DNA of 64,000 nucleotides from the NCBI GenBank assembly GCA_018304425.1, contig JAGVWE010000002.1, forward strand, positions 64,001 to 128,000, given 5' to 3'. The translations under genes and the position numbers were made by a program. Positions 9,360 to 17,839 of this stretch are shown one piece after another. The notes under the pieces were generated by a model, which did no database searches, was not told where the DNA came from, and saw nothing but the letters and a program-made list of their open reading frames with translations. This DNA comes from Candidatus Iainarchaeum sp. GTDB lineage: Archaea > Iainarchaeota > Iainarchaeia > Iainarchaeales > UBA10219. The first letter of the stretch is position 1, and the number at the start of each line of letters is the position of its first letter.

Positions 9360-10100
9360 CTAGCCTTTCAGCTTCCCCTCGGCTTCCGCTTCCTCGATGC
9401 CTTCCGCCACGGCTTCGCCGGTGTAGAGGCCGACCAGGCGACCGATGAGGATGGTGATGTAAAGGATGCCGCAGATGACCTCCACGATGGCCAGGGAGCG
9501 GCCGAAGTAGGTCACCGGCAGGACGTCGGCGAAGCCCACCGAGGTCAGGGCCGTGAAGCTGAAGTACACCAGGTCCGCCCAATGGGCCGGCTGGCCGGTG
9601 CCCGGACCCACCAGGATCTCGAAAGAGCCCGGGATGAAGAACTCCAGCAGGGAGAACACCCAGCCCCAGGCGATAGCGATGAGGAGATACACGGCGACCG
9701 CGCCGTAGAGCACCTCGTTCGTCACCTTCTTGACGTGCAGGATGACGTACAGCAGGGACTTGATGATGAAGGCGTAGAAGAGGATCGCGAAGACGTGGTT
9801 CAAGAAGATTATTTCCGGCAGCGGCCAGGCGAAGCGCAGCCAGTTAGACACGAAAGCGGGGACCCCGAGGGCGAGGCCCAACAGGAAGTCTTTCCTGCGG
9901 TGGCTCACCGTGTAGATCCCGGTGATGAGCACCACGGAGAAGACGAGGGCCAGGGCCAGGTAACCGAGCGCGTCGCCTTCCACGAAGGGATAGATCAGGA
10001 TGGAGGCGACGAGGGCAACCAGCAGGAACCGCATGCGCTTGTGCGGGAAGTGGACGATCCCTTCCTTACGGTGGGTGTGGTGGGGCGCGTGCTCGGCCAT
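9360..10100 (-). CDS. Potassium-channel family membrane protein (non-canonical filter)
   Basis: Multiple TM helices; YFSFTALTSVGFADVLP pore-helix/filter segment. Confidence 0.85.
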   Translation of the reverse strand: MAEHAPHHTHRKEGIVHFPHKRMRFLLVALVASILIYPFVEGDALGYLALALVFSVVLITGIYTVSHRRKDFLLGLALGVPAFVSNWLRFAWPLPEIIFLNHVFAILFYAFIIKSLLYVILHVKKVTNEVLYGAVAVYLLIAIAWGWVFSLLEFFIPGSFEILVGPGTGQPAHWADLVYFSFTALTSVGFADVLPVTYFGRSLAIVEVICGILYITILIGRLVGLYTGEAVAEGIEEAEAEGKLKG

Positions 10101-10151
10101 GGCAATAATGGGGCGGAAGGGTTCTTATACGTTTCAGGGCGCAAGGTAAAT

Positions 10152-11180
10152 ATGCCCAAATGCAACCGGAGGTGTGCGGCAGAGGCCAAGATAACGCTTG
10201 CCTACGGGCCGCACCACTATTGCGCCGAGCATTTCACGGACTTCTTCGAGCACCGTGTCACCAAGACCGTGCGGAAGTTCAAGCTGCTGAAACGCGGGGA
10301 GAAGGTCGGGATCGGGGTGAGCGGGGGCAAGGATTCGCTGGCCCTCGCCTACCTGTTGGGGAAATACTACGCGAAGTCCAACGAGCTGCTGGCGCTGATG
10401 ATTGACGAGGGCATCGAAGGCTACCGGGATGTGGCCCTGCGGGTGGCGAAGAAATACTGCGACGAGTGGAAGATCCCCTACCAGGTCGTGAAACTCAAGG
10501 ACCGCTTCGGCTACTCGACCACCGAAGTCGTGCACAAGATAAACGCCCAGCCAAGCCTGGGCACGAGCTGCGCGTTCTGCGGGAGCTTCCGCCGCACCGT
10601 CATGAACGAGTGGGCGCGCGAGCAGGGCTGCGACAAGTTTGCCACCGGCCACAACCTGGACGACGAAGCGCAAAGCGTGTTGATGAACGTTTTCTCGAAC
10701 AACCTGCCCAAGATGGCGTGGCTCGGGCCCATGACGGGCGCGGAGGGCTTTGACGGCAACGGCTTGTTCGTCAAGCGCGTCAAGCCCCTCTACGAGTGCC
10801 CCGAAAAAGAGATCATCGCCTTCGACGCGTTCAAGGGAATCGAGCACTACTCGGAGGAATGCTGTCCCTTCAGTTGGATGGCGAAGAGAAACCACGTCCG
10901 CGAGATGCTGAACCACTTCGAGGACCAGTTCCCGGGCACCAAGTTCACGGTCGTCAAGTGGTTGCAGGACCTCAAACCCCACTTAGAGGACGTCAAGCCA
11001 GCGGGCCGGCTCCAGGCATGCACGGCGTGCGGGAGCCCCTCGAACAGCCCCCTGTGCCGGCCCTGCAGCATGGTGAAGCTGCTGGACGCCGTCAAGGCCG
11101 CGCCCCGGAAAGCCGTTGCGGCCAAGGGGGGCCCCACCTGCGCCGAAACCAAGGGCCTCCACGACAGGGAATTCGTTTAA
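10152..11180 (+). CDS. ttuA: tRNA 2-thiouridine synthesis protein TtuA/NcsA
   Basis: N-terminal CxxC/CxxH Zn finger, PP-loop SGGKDS, CAFC, TGHNLDD, C-terminal CxxC..CxxC. Confidence 0.92.
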   Translation: MPKCNRRCAAEAKITLAYGPHHYCAEHFTDFFEHRVTKTVRKFKLLKRGEKVGIGVSGGKDSLALAYLLGKYYAKSNELLALMIDEGIEGYRDVALRVAKKYCDEWKIPYQVVKLKDRFGYSTTEVVHKINAQPSLGTSCAFCGSFRRTVMNEWAREQGCDKFATGHNLDDEAQSVLMNVFSNNLPKMAWLGPMTGAEGFDGNGLFVKRVKPLYECPEKEIIAFDAFKGIEHYSEECCPFSWMAKRNHVREMLNHFEDQFPGTKFTVVKWLQDLKPHLEDVKPAGRLQACTACGSPSNSPLCRPCSMVKLLDAVKAAPRKAVAAKGGPTCAETKGLHDREFV

Positions 11181-11281
11181 AAGCGTTAGCAAATAGATTG
11201 AATAGCGTGCGAGCCCGAAAGGGCGAGCCAGTCCCATGCCGCGCATGGGACGTTTTCGCAAACCTTTTGTAAAAAGGTTTT

Positions 11282-11353
11282 GGGCCTGTAGTCTATCGGC
11301 TAGGACGGCTGCTTGACGTGCAGTAGAGCCTGGTTCAACTCCGGGCAGGCCCA
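11282..11353 (+). tRNA. tRNA-Val(GAC)
   Basis: GGGCCTG/CAGGCCC acceptor, GCTGC-TTGACGT-GCAGT anticodon arm, TTCAACT T-loop. Confidence 0.95.
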
Positions 11354-11458
11354 CTTAAACCGATTTAATTGGCGTATACGAGGGTTTTAGGCGATTCCGA
11401 CGGGTTTATAAATTTTTAGAATGCATACTCGTTGTAGGATTTTCAGGAGGTCACTGGA

Positions 11459-11587
11459 ATGGCATTCGAGGAAGAAATCCTGTTCGACGACGAAGACGAC
11501 GGCGGGGACGACGACGACTTCGACGGCGATGACGACGATGACGGCGGCGACGGTGACGACGATTTCGATTACCCTGAAAACAACTAA
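11459..11587 (+). CDS. 42-aa Asp/Glu-rich microprotein
   Basis: MAFEEEILFDDEDDGGDDDDFDGDDDDDGGDGDDDFDYPENN; GGAGGT SD and TTTATAAA box upstream. Confidence 0.75.
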   Translation: MAFEEEILFDDEDDGGDDDDFDGDDDDDGGDGDDDFDYPENN

Positions 11588-11608
11588 ACGATTGTTTTCT
11601 CTTTCAAC

Positions 11609-12847
11609 CTATTTTTGAGCCTTCTTGAGTTCGGCCAGTGAGGCGTCCACTTCGTCGAGTTTTTCCTTGACCTGCTTGTTGTACTGGTTTATTCTTGCCT
11701 TGTAAATGGAGTCGAAGTCGCGTTCCACGTCCTTCCGGAGGCTCTCCCGGAAGTCCGCCAGGTCCTTGAGCTTTTTTTCGACGGCATCGAGGGCGGCAAC
11801 GGCCTGGGACTGGTCGAGTTCCCGCATTTTCTTCTTGAGCAACTGGTCGAGTTCGGCTGACTTGCCTGACACCATGTCGTCCACCCTCAGTTTTACGTCG
11901 TTCATGAAGCCCTCCGAGATGTGGCCCTCCACTTCCAGGGTCTTGCTGATGCGCGCCTCCAACTGGTTCAGCCGTTGTTCCGCGGTTTTCAGGAACTCGT
12001 TGAACCGGAGTTCCGCGCGCTGCAACTCGTTGTTGGTTTCCGCGAACCACTTGGCCTTGGATTCCTCCAGCAACCGGATGTTGGCGGCCAGGTCCTTGGA
12101 CAACTGCTCGCTCAACTGCCTCTGCGCCTGGATGCGGGAAACGTTTTCCTGCGTCAACTCGTTGGTTTTCCGGATTTCGAGGAGCTTCTGGTCCAGGATT
12201 TCCTGCAACTGCCTGCGGTTGGACTCGAACTCGGCCTGGACCTTGGAGAGCATGAGGGTGCGCTGGCTCTCCAAGAGCACGGAGACCTTGGTGGACTCCC
12301 TTTTGAGGGCTTCCGCGATTTTCGCGTCAAGGACCGCGTCGAGCTCCTGCTTCAAGCGCTTCATTTCGTCGAGGCGCGCGTCCACGGCCGTGAGAATGCC
12401 GGAATCCCACAAATGCTCCCGGTCAGGCTTGCGCTCCGGTTGCCCGGAGGCTGCAACGGGTTGCTGGGGAGAGGGCTCGACCCTCGCCTTCTTGCCGAAA
12501 AACCCGAACGCCTTCTGCATGGACACGGGCTCCCTGACTGGCGGCGCTTCAACGGGCTTGGCCTTGGGTTCGGGCGCTTCCTCTTTCTCGTCCTCCCAAC
12601 CCCCGGCCACCTCGCCGAACACGCCCTCGGACTCGGTGACATCCTCTTCCAGGGGCTCGGCGACCGGCCTTGCAGCAAGCGGTTCCCTGGCAACGGGTTT
12701 TCCTCCCCTCGCCTCGGCCAGCAACGCACGGGCATCCTGTTCCGAGACATTGACCTGGCGGAGGTTGGCCACGATTTCCTGGTCGGAAATGCCCAACCCC
12801 ACCAGCTTCTTGACCGAGTCCAGGAGAATCGCGTGCTTGGAGTCCAT
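11609..12847 (-). CDS. Long coiled-coil protein with small helical N-terminal domain
   Basis: Host-like codon usage; N-terminal helical domain, Pro/Glu linker, about 250 aa of heptad-rich sequence. Confidence 0.85.
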   Translation of the reverse strand: MDSKHAILLDSVKKLVGLGISDQEIVANLRQVNVSEQDARALLAEARGGKPVAREPLAARPVAEPLEEDVTESEGVFGEVAGGWEDEKEEAPEPKAKPVEAPPVREPVSMQKAFGFFGKKARVEPSPQQPVAASGQPERKPDREHLWDSGILTAVDARLDEMKRLKQELDAVLDAKIAEALKRESTKVSVLLESQRTLMLSKVQAEFESNRRQLQEILDQKLLEIRKTNELTQENVSRIQAQRQLSEQLSKDLAANIRLLEESKAKWFAETNNELQRAELRFNEFLKTAEQRLNQLEARISKTLEVEGHISEGFMNDVKLRVDDMVSGKSAELDQLLKKKMRELDQSQAVAALDAVEKKLKDLADFRESLRKDVERDFDSIYKARINQYNKQVKEKLDEVDASLAELKKAQK

Positions 12848-12932
12848 GCCACTCAATAGGAATTACCTGAATTTAAGGATAACGAACTGCCTGCGCGCAG
12901 GGCTTTTATTCAGGAAAGCCCTATTGCCTGGC

Positions 12933-13856
12933 ATGCCAGATGCAAGCAGCGCCTTTGAAGCCAATTCCGGGACCCTGGAAATCATTGGGTTCATGGCTCT
13001 TACCATCGTGGTCCTGCTGGTCCTTGGTTTCATCGTGTGGTACCTCCTCCGAATCACGAAAATCTTTCCCCTCAAAGCCTCCAACCCCTTTTCCAGCCAA
13101 GCCCCCGAACTCCCGGCGGAATACCTTCACTCGCCGGAGACCCGCAAAAAGGTCATCCACGCACTGGGCTGGGACCCCACCCCCTTCGCGCCCCGAGAAC
13201 TCCTCCACCTTGTCTTGGCCGACCCCAGCAGTTGGACCCTCATTGCCTCCAACCTGGTGGCCCTGGGCTTGGCCTGGCAGGAGAACGCGGGCCTCGCCAC
13301 GCTCTTGGCCGTGTACTGGTTTCAAAGCGTCATCATCGGTTTCTTCAACGCCTTCAAGATGCTGCTGGCCGAGGGAAGCGAGTTCAAGGCCGTCCTGGGA
13401 GACAGCGTGCTGGGAAAAGGCATCCAGTGGATTGGCCGCCTCTTCTTCACCGGGTTCTTCGCCTTCCACTATGGCTTGTTCCACTTCGTCTACGCCGCGT
13501 TCCTCGGCCTCGAAGGCCTCCTCGCACCCGCGGGCAACTCGGAGTGGCTTGGTTTTCCGGGCTTGTTCGGGCCGCCAAACCTGGAGGTCGTGCTGCCGGC
13601 CGCCGCCCTGTTCTTCTCCAACCACGGGTACTCGTTCATCCACAACCGCGGCACCGACAAACTCAAGTCCCCAGCCCAGCTCATGGCCGCGCCCTACGCG
13701 AGAATCATCCCCATGCACTTGACCCTCATCTTCGGGGCGCTCCTCTACGTCCTGGGCGGCCCGCTGCTGGCGCTCGGGTTGTTCGGCTTGCTCAAGACCG
13801 CGGCCGACGTCACCATGCACGTCCAAGAACACGCCCAGGCAACGGCCACGCAGTGA
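12933..13856 (+). CDS. Membrane protein, DUF6498-like
   Basis: LAVYWFQSVIIG, FFAFHYGLF, APYARIIPMH motifs; multiple TMs. Confidence 0.75.
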   Translation: MPDASSAFEANSGTLEIIGFMALTIVVLLVLGFIVWYLLRITKIFPLKASNPFSSQAPELPAEYLHSPETRKKVIHALGWDPTPFAPRELLHLVLADPSSWTLIASNLVALGLAWQENAGLATLLAVYWFQSVIIGFFNAFKMLLAEGSEFKAVLGDSVLGKGIQWIGRLFFTGFFAFHYGLFHFVYAAFLGLEGLLAPAGNSEWLGFPGLFGPPNLEVVLPAAALFFSNHGYSFIHNRGTDKLKSPAQLMAAPYARIIPMHLTLIFGALLYVLGGPLLALGLFGLLKTAADVTMHVQEHAQATATQ

Positions 13857-13891
13857 AAAAAGGCGGAAAGCAGAAAATGGGTTGCGGGCAG

Positions 13892-13963
13892 TGGACTGGC
13901 CGGGAATCGAACCCGGAGTCTCCACAATGCCAATGTGGCGTCTTACCACTCGACTACCAGCCC
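13892..13963 (-). tRNA. tRNA-Ala(GGC)
   Basis: Reverse complement GGGCTGG...CCACA-TTGGCAT-TGTGG...TTCGATT...CCAGTCCA; G3:U70 identity pair. Confidence 0.96.
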
Positions 13964-14022
13964 AACTAAACAATATTGGCCAGAAGAAGGTAATTAAAGC
14001 TATGGGGTGGGCCGTCGGTTCG

Positions 14023-14736
14023 TTAATTGTAGGCCATGGCCCGTATCGTCCCCTTGCAGACCACGTCAAACGACTTGGGCTTAATCATGCCGTCTTCTTT
14101 CATGGTGTAATGGATGGTGATGACCCCGTTCGATAGCTTGGTTCCGGCCGGTGGCGTTGGAAAGCTCTCCACGACACCCCATTCCCCTCCCAGGGAATCG
14201 GCCCAGGTCTTCACTTCGGCCGTGCCAGCGAAGTCCCCGGAAAGGTCCGCATAGAAATCGGCAGCAGAATGAGGAATATCGAATTGCCCGGTAATCCGGT
14301 TCTCCCAGACTTCGAGGGTGAGTGCCACGCCATCCTGCCCGATGTGGATGTATTCGTCGCCTCCCCTGCAGGACGCGGTCGTTCTCTCCTGCACCTTCGC
14401 ATCTATCCTGGAGAACATGTCCTCGGGAGCGCAGGCATAGTTGCATTCGATTACCTTTACCGGGTAAAGGGACATGCTGTTCCCTGCGAGGTAGTCGATG
14501 GAGCGGAGACCCCGTGCATGGCAGTAGGCTTCTGAATCCAGGCAGTCGTCAAAGGTCTGGCAATCCTTGCAGACATAGCCAAACTTTGGAATCGATTCGC
14601 CGTCGGCGAAGAAGAAACCCGTTTGCCCAGGCGCCGTCTGCACCGCCGGTTTTTGTCCTGGAAAAGACAGGCAACCCACAAGAAGCAGGAAAACGAAGAG
14701 TGCGAGGCCCGGCAGCAATCCTTTGGTGGCCTTCAT
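14023..14736 (-). CDS. Cys-rich putative lipoprotein
   Basis: MKATK...LLLVGC signal/lipobox; multiple Cys. Confidence 0.7.
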   Translation of the reverse strand: MKATKGLLPGLALFVFLLLVGCLSFPGQKPAVQTAPGQTGFFFADGESIPKFGYVCKDCQTFDDCLDSEAYCHARGLRSIDYLAGNSMSLYPVKVIECNYACAPEDMFSRIDAKVQERTTASCRGGDEYIHIGQDGVALTLEVWENRITGQFDIPHSAADFYADLSGDFAGTAEVKTWADSLGGEWGVVESFPTPPAGTKLSNGVITIHYTMKEDGMIKPKSFDVVCKGTIRAMAYN

Positions 14737-14746
14737 GGTCTCAGGC

Positions 14747-14995
14747 TTAGGGCGCGATGAGGATGACGTTGTCGCCGCGCAAAATGATTTGCTTGAACTT
14801 GGTCTTGGGTTCGCCGTTGACGAGTTGCTCGGCGTGCTCGAGGACGATGTTCATGTGCACGTCAAAGGCCTTCAGGGTGCCCCTGATCTGGGTGTCGCCT
14901 TTCAGCGAGACCAGGACTTCCTTTCCAATCGCTTCATTCAAGAGGTCAAAGGGTCTATTCGTCAAAAAAAACAACTCCTCAACGGGGTTTACCAA
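14747..14995 (-). CDS. Sm/Lsm RNA-binding protein (SmAP)
   Basis: RPFDLL, GTLKAFDVHMNIVL, ILRGDNV. Confidence 0.95.
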   Translation of the reverse strand: MVNPVEELFFLTNRPFDLLNEAIGKEVLVSLKGDTQIRGTLKAFDVHMNIVLEHAEQLVNGEPKTKFKQIILRGDNVILIAP

Positions 14996-15776
14996 ATAAG
15001 GACCTAAAGCTATTTAAAAGGCTTTGGATGAGCCCGGCTTTTTCCTGGGCCACGGACTCCACTGGCTTGCCGGCCACCCGCAGCGCGGCCTTGGCGAAGG
15101 CCAGCGAAGCCGGTGCATTGGGTTTTCGGACGACGACCGGAGAAACCTTTTCCTGCATGAAGCTCCGCCGCACTTCGTCGTCAAAGGGGATGATGCCCAG
15201 GACCGGCAGTTCCAGCATCTTCGAGACCTCGTCCTCGGAGACCTCGCCCTTCTCGCGTAACACGAAGTTGAGCACGACGCCAATGGGCTTGGCGCCCAGC
15301 CGCTGCGTGGTGATCTTAATCTTCAAGACGTCCGCAATGGAAGCACTGGTTGGCTGCGTGACGAGAAGCACCTCTTCGGCGGCCGCCAGCGAGGACAACA
15401 CGTTTTTCTCGATGCCGGCCGGGGCATCCAACAACACGTAGTCGAACATGGGGGCAATGGATTGCACGACCGAGCCCAGCCGCTCCGTGTCCACGCGGCG
15501 GTAGTTTTCGAGGCTCAGCCCCGAGGGAATGAATTTCACGCCCTCCGGGCCCTCGTAGAGCGCGTCCTGCACCGAGGCCTCGCCGAGGAGGACATCGTGC
15601 AAGGTGATGGGAGAGGAATGCATGCCCAGCAACAGGGATAGGTTGGCCATCGCGACATCCGCGTCCACCAGGCAGACATGGTAGCCCAGTCTCGTCAAGG
15701 CGATGCCGAGGTTGGCGGTAACCGTGGTCTTGCCCACGCCGCCCTTCCCGGACGCGATGGTGATGACGCGCGGCAT
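14979..15776 (-). CDS. minD: MinD-family ATPase
   Basis: SGKGGVGKTT, VDADVAMANL, LLDAPAG; C-terminal amphipathic helix LIQSLLNSFRSLFG. Confidence 0.93.
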   Translation of the reverse strand: MPRVITIASGKGGVGKTTVTANLGIALTRLGYHVCLVDADVAMANLSLLLGMHSSPITLHDVLLGEASVQDALYEGPEGVKFIPSGLSLENYRRVDTERLGSVVQSIAPMFDYVLLDAPAGIEKNVLSSLAAAEEVLLVTQPTSASIADVLKIKITTQRLGAKPIGVVLNFVLREKGEVSEDEVSKMLELPVLGIIPFDDEVRRSFMQEKVSPVVVRKPNAPASLAFAKAALRVAGKPVESVAQEKAGLIQSLLNSFRSLFGKPR

Positions 15777-15777
15777 T

Positions 15778-16281
15778 TCAGGCTTCCTCCCGTGGAATGG
15801 GTTCGCTCAACGGCGGGGCAAGGAGCTTGGCCTTCATGAAGGCCTCGACTTCCCTGGCAATCGCGTGCATTTCGATGGTGGAGAGGCTGCTGCCCGCGCG
15901 CAGGATGTAGACTTTTTCGTTGAAGGGGAACAACATGTACCAGTTGCCCGCACGCACCAGGATGGCGTCGGAGTCCGGGATTTCGGCGCGCACGTAATTG
16001 AACAACGCCGTGCCCGTCAGGGCCTCGGTGTCCAGGTCTCCCTCGCTGGAAACCACCATGGAGCCATGCCGGTTGGCCACGATGATGGCGTCCACCGCGT
16101 GCTTTTTCTTCAAGACCGAGACGAGTTCCTGCAAGTGGGCCGGGTTTTCCTCGAACCGGTGCCGTTGGCTGAAGTCGTGGAGGGCCCGCAATTGCTCGAC
16201 GGGGAGGCAGGTGTCGTCCAGGTCGAGGAGCAGGCCGGAAGCCCGACGGAACACGAAACCAAGAAAGGAAGCCAGCGACAT
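15778..16281 (-). CDS. Hypothetical protein with roadblock/LC7-like C-terminal domain
   Basis: VDAIIVANRHGSMVVSS...helix...short beta strands pattern; coupled to minD. Confidence 0.6.
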   Translation of the reverse strand: MSLASFLGFVFRRASGLLLDLDDTCLPVEQLRALHDFSQRHRFEENPAHLQELVSVLKKKHAVDAIIVANRHGSMVVSSEGDLDTEALTGTALFNYVRAEIPDSDAILVRAGNWYMLFPFNEKVYILRAGSSLSTIEMHAIAREVEAFMKAKLLAPPLSEPIPREEA

Positions 16282-16282
16282 G

Positions 16283-16786
16283 TCAGTTACCCAACTTATG
16301 TAAACCGAGTTTCTTTAAAAGGTGGTACTTGGACTCGGAAAAGCGTTTCTGCAACAGGATGGAGGCGAGGAAGCGCTCGGCGAAGGCCGTGGAGAACTCC
16401 TTGGCGAAGAGGCGTTGCACGCCGTTCTTTTCCAGGGCCGCTTTCAAGCGATAGCCCTCGTTGAGGGCAAGCACCAGGTCGACCTGCTGGTTGGACAGCT
16501 TCACCAGGTCGTAGACCGCATAATCGGAGGCCAAGGCATTGAAGCAGCACCGCGCGGCCTCCTCGGAGGAAACGCTTACGCCGTGCTTCAAGTACTCGTA
16601 AACCGAGGCCACGATTTTTCCGTCGCGGTAGAACAACGCGCCCTCCTCGATGCCTTCAACGCCTTCCACGGTGGCGACGAGGTAACCCGAAAAGCCCTCG
16701 TTCGCTTGCAGGAAGACCTCGCGCTTGTAGTCGGCTTGCTTGGCGTTCACGGCCTGGCGAAGCAGGCTCCCGGATGGCAGGTTCAC
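16283..16786 (-). CDS. DUF2226-like protein
   Basis: MNLPSG...GFSGYL...EEGALFYRDGKIVAS motif; minD neighbourhood. Confidence 0.7.
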   Translation of the reverse strand: MNLPSGSLLRQAVNAKQADYKREVFLQANEGFSGYLVATVEGVEGIEEGALFYRDGKIVASVYEYLKHGVSVSSEEAARCCFNALASDYAVYDLVKLSNQQVDLVLALNEGYRLKAALEKNGVQRLFAKEFSTAFAERFLASILLQKRFSESKYHLLKKLGLHKLGN

Positions 16787-16787
16787 T

Positions 16788-17276
16788 TCATCCCTTCCTG
16801 GTCGCGCCCAACGAAATCACGTGGTCCGCGTTGTTCTTCAAGGCAGCCGCACTCTGGGGGTCGGCCAGGACGACAATGGTTTCCTTGCCATAGCGCTTGG
16901 CTTTCACGATGGCCGGCGTGAAGTCCGAGTCCCGGGTCACGAACGCAATCGCCTGGATGTGGGAGTTGAAAATGCATTCCACGGCTTCCGCGGCCATGCT
17001 CACGTCCACGTCCCCAACGGTAATGACGGTCTCGAAGCCCTGGTTGACGACGGCCTCCAAGAGCTTGTTGCTCGCGTACTGGTTGAGGAACACCTTGCCG
17101 ATTTTTATGCGGCCGAACTGCTCGATGGCCTTCTTGACGTCCTTCAAGTCGATGCCGAGCTCCTTGCGGAGGATGTTGGGGCCGTCCACGTAGACCGCGA
17201 TGTTGATTTTCTTGAGTTCCTTGCCGAACTTCGACAAACGCTCCCGGACTGCCTTGAAATCGACTTTCACGCCCAC
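16788..17276 (-). CDS. NYN-domain protein (TIGR00288-like)
   Basis: VYVDGPNILRKE, GDVDV, TRDSDFTP, GKETIV, ADHVI. Confidence 0.9.
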   Translation of the reverse strand: MGVKVDFKAVRERLSKFGKELKKINIAVYVDGPNILRKELGIDLKDVKKAIEQFGRIKIGKVFLNQYASNKLLEAVVNQGFETVITVGDVDVSMAAEAVECIFNSHIQAIAFVTRDSDFTPAIVKAKRYGKETIVVLADPQSAAALKNNADHVISLGATRKG

Positions 17277-17422
17277 CCACCTCTATAAGTCGGACAACCC
17301 CAGGGGCGCCGACACAAACGCTATAAGGGCAGTAAAGTAATATATTAAGTGAATTTAAAGGAGGGGGCCGCGGAACCGGGCAACCTTTTTAAACCAAACC
17401 CCCCTATTAGCGTAGGATTTCC

Positions 17423-17827
17423 ATGGCCGAACCAGAACAGGGAGAAATCAAGTTCCACCAGGTGGGACAGCTCAAGACCGGCAGCTACGTCCTCATCGAC
17501 GGCGAAGCCTGCCAAATCAAGGACTTCGAGAAGTCCAAGCCCGGCAAGCACGGGGCCGCGAAAGCCCGCATTACGGGGATTGGCATCTTTTCCGGCCAGA
17601 AGCGGACCCTCATGAAGCCCACGAACGCGGACACGGAAGTTCCGCTCATCAAGCGTGGCAACGCCCAGGTCGTGGCCATCATGGGCGACACCGTGCAAAT
17701 CATGGACCAAAACGATTACACGACTTTCGACGTCGACAAGCCCAAGGACCTCCAAGGCCTGGCCTCGGGAGTCGAATGCGAGTACATCAAGTACGGCGCC
17801 CAAGTCAAGATTGTGCGAAAGAAATAG
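17423..17827 (+). CDS. eif5a: Translation factor aIF5A
   Basis: Hypusine site SKPGKHGAAKAR. Confidence 0.97.
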   Translation: MAEPEQGEIKFHQVGQLKTGSYVLIDGEACQIKDFEKSKPGKHGAAKARITGIGIFSGQKRTLMKPTNADTEVPLIKRGNAQVVAIMGDTVQIMDQNDYTTFDVDKPKDLQGLASGVECEYIKYGAQVKIVRKK

Positions 17828-17839
17828 GCCGCCTAATTT

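Noticed and set aside
9207-10151. N-terminal ~315 aa of the 657-aa ORF 9207..11180
   Set aside because: Antisense shadow of the channel gene; the TtuA homology starts at ATG 10152
11706-12932. N-terminal extension of the 716-aa ORF 11706..13856
   Set aside because: Ser/Arg-rich antisense shadow of the coiled-coil gene; the real membrane protein starts at about 12933
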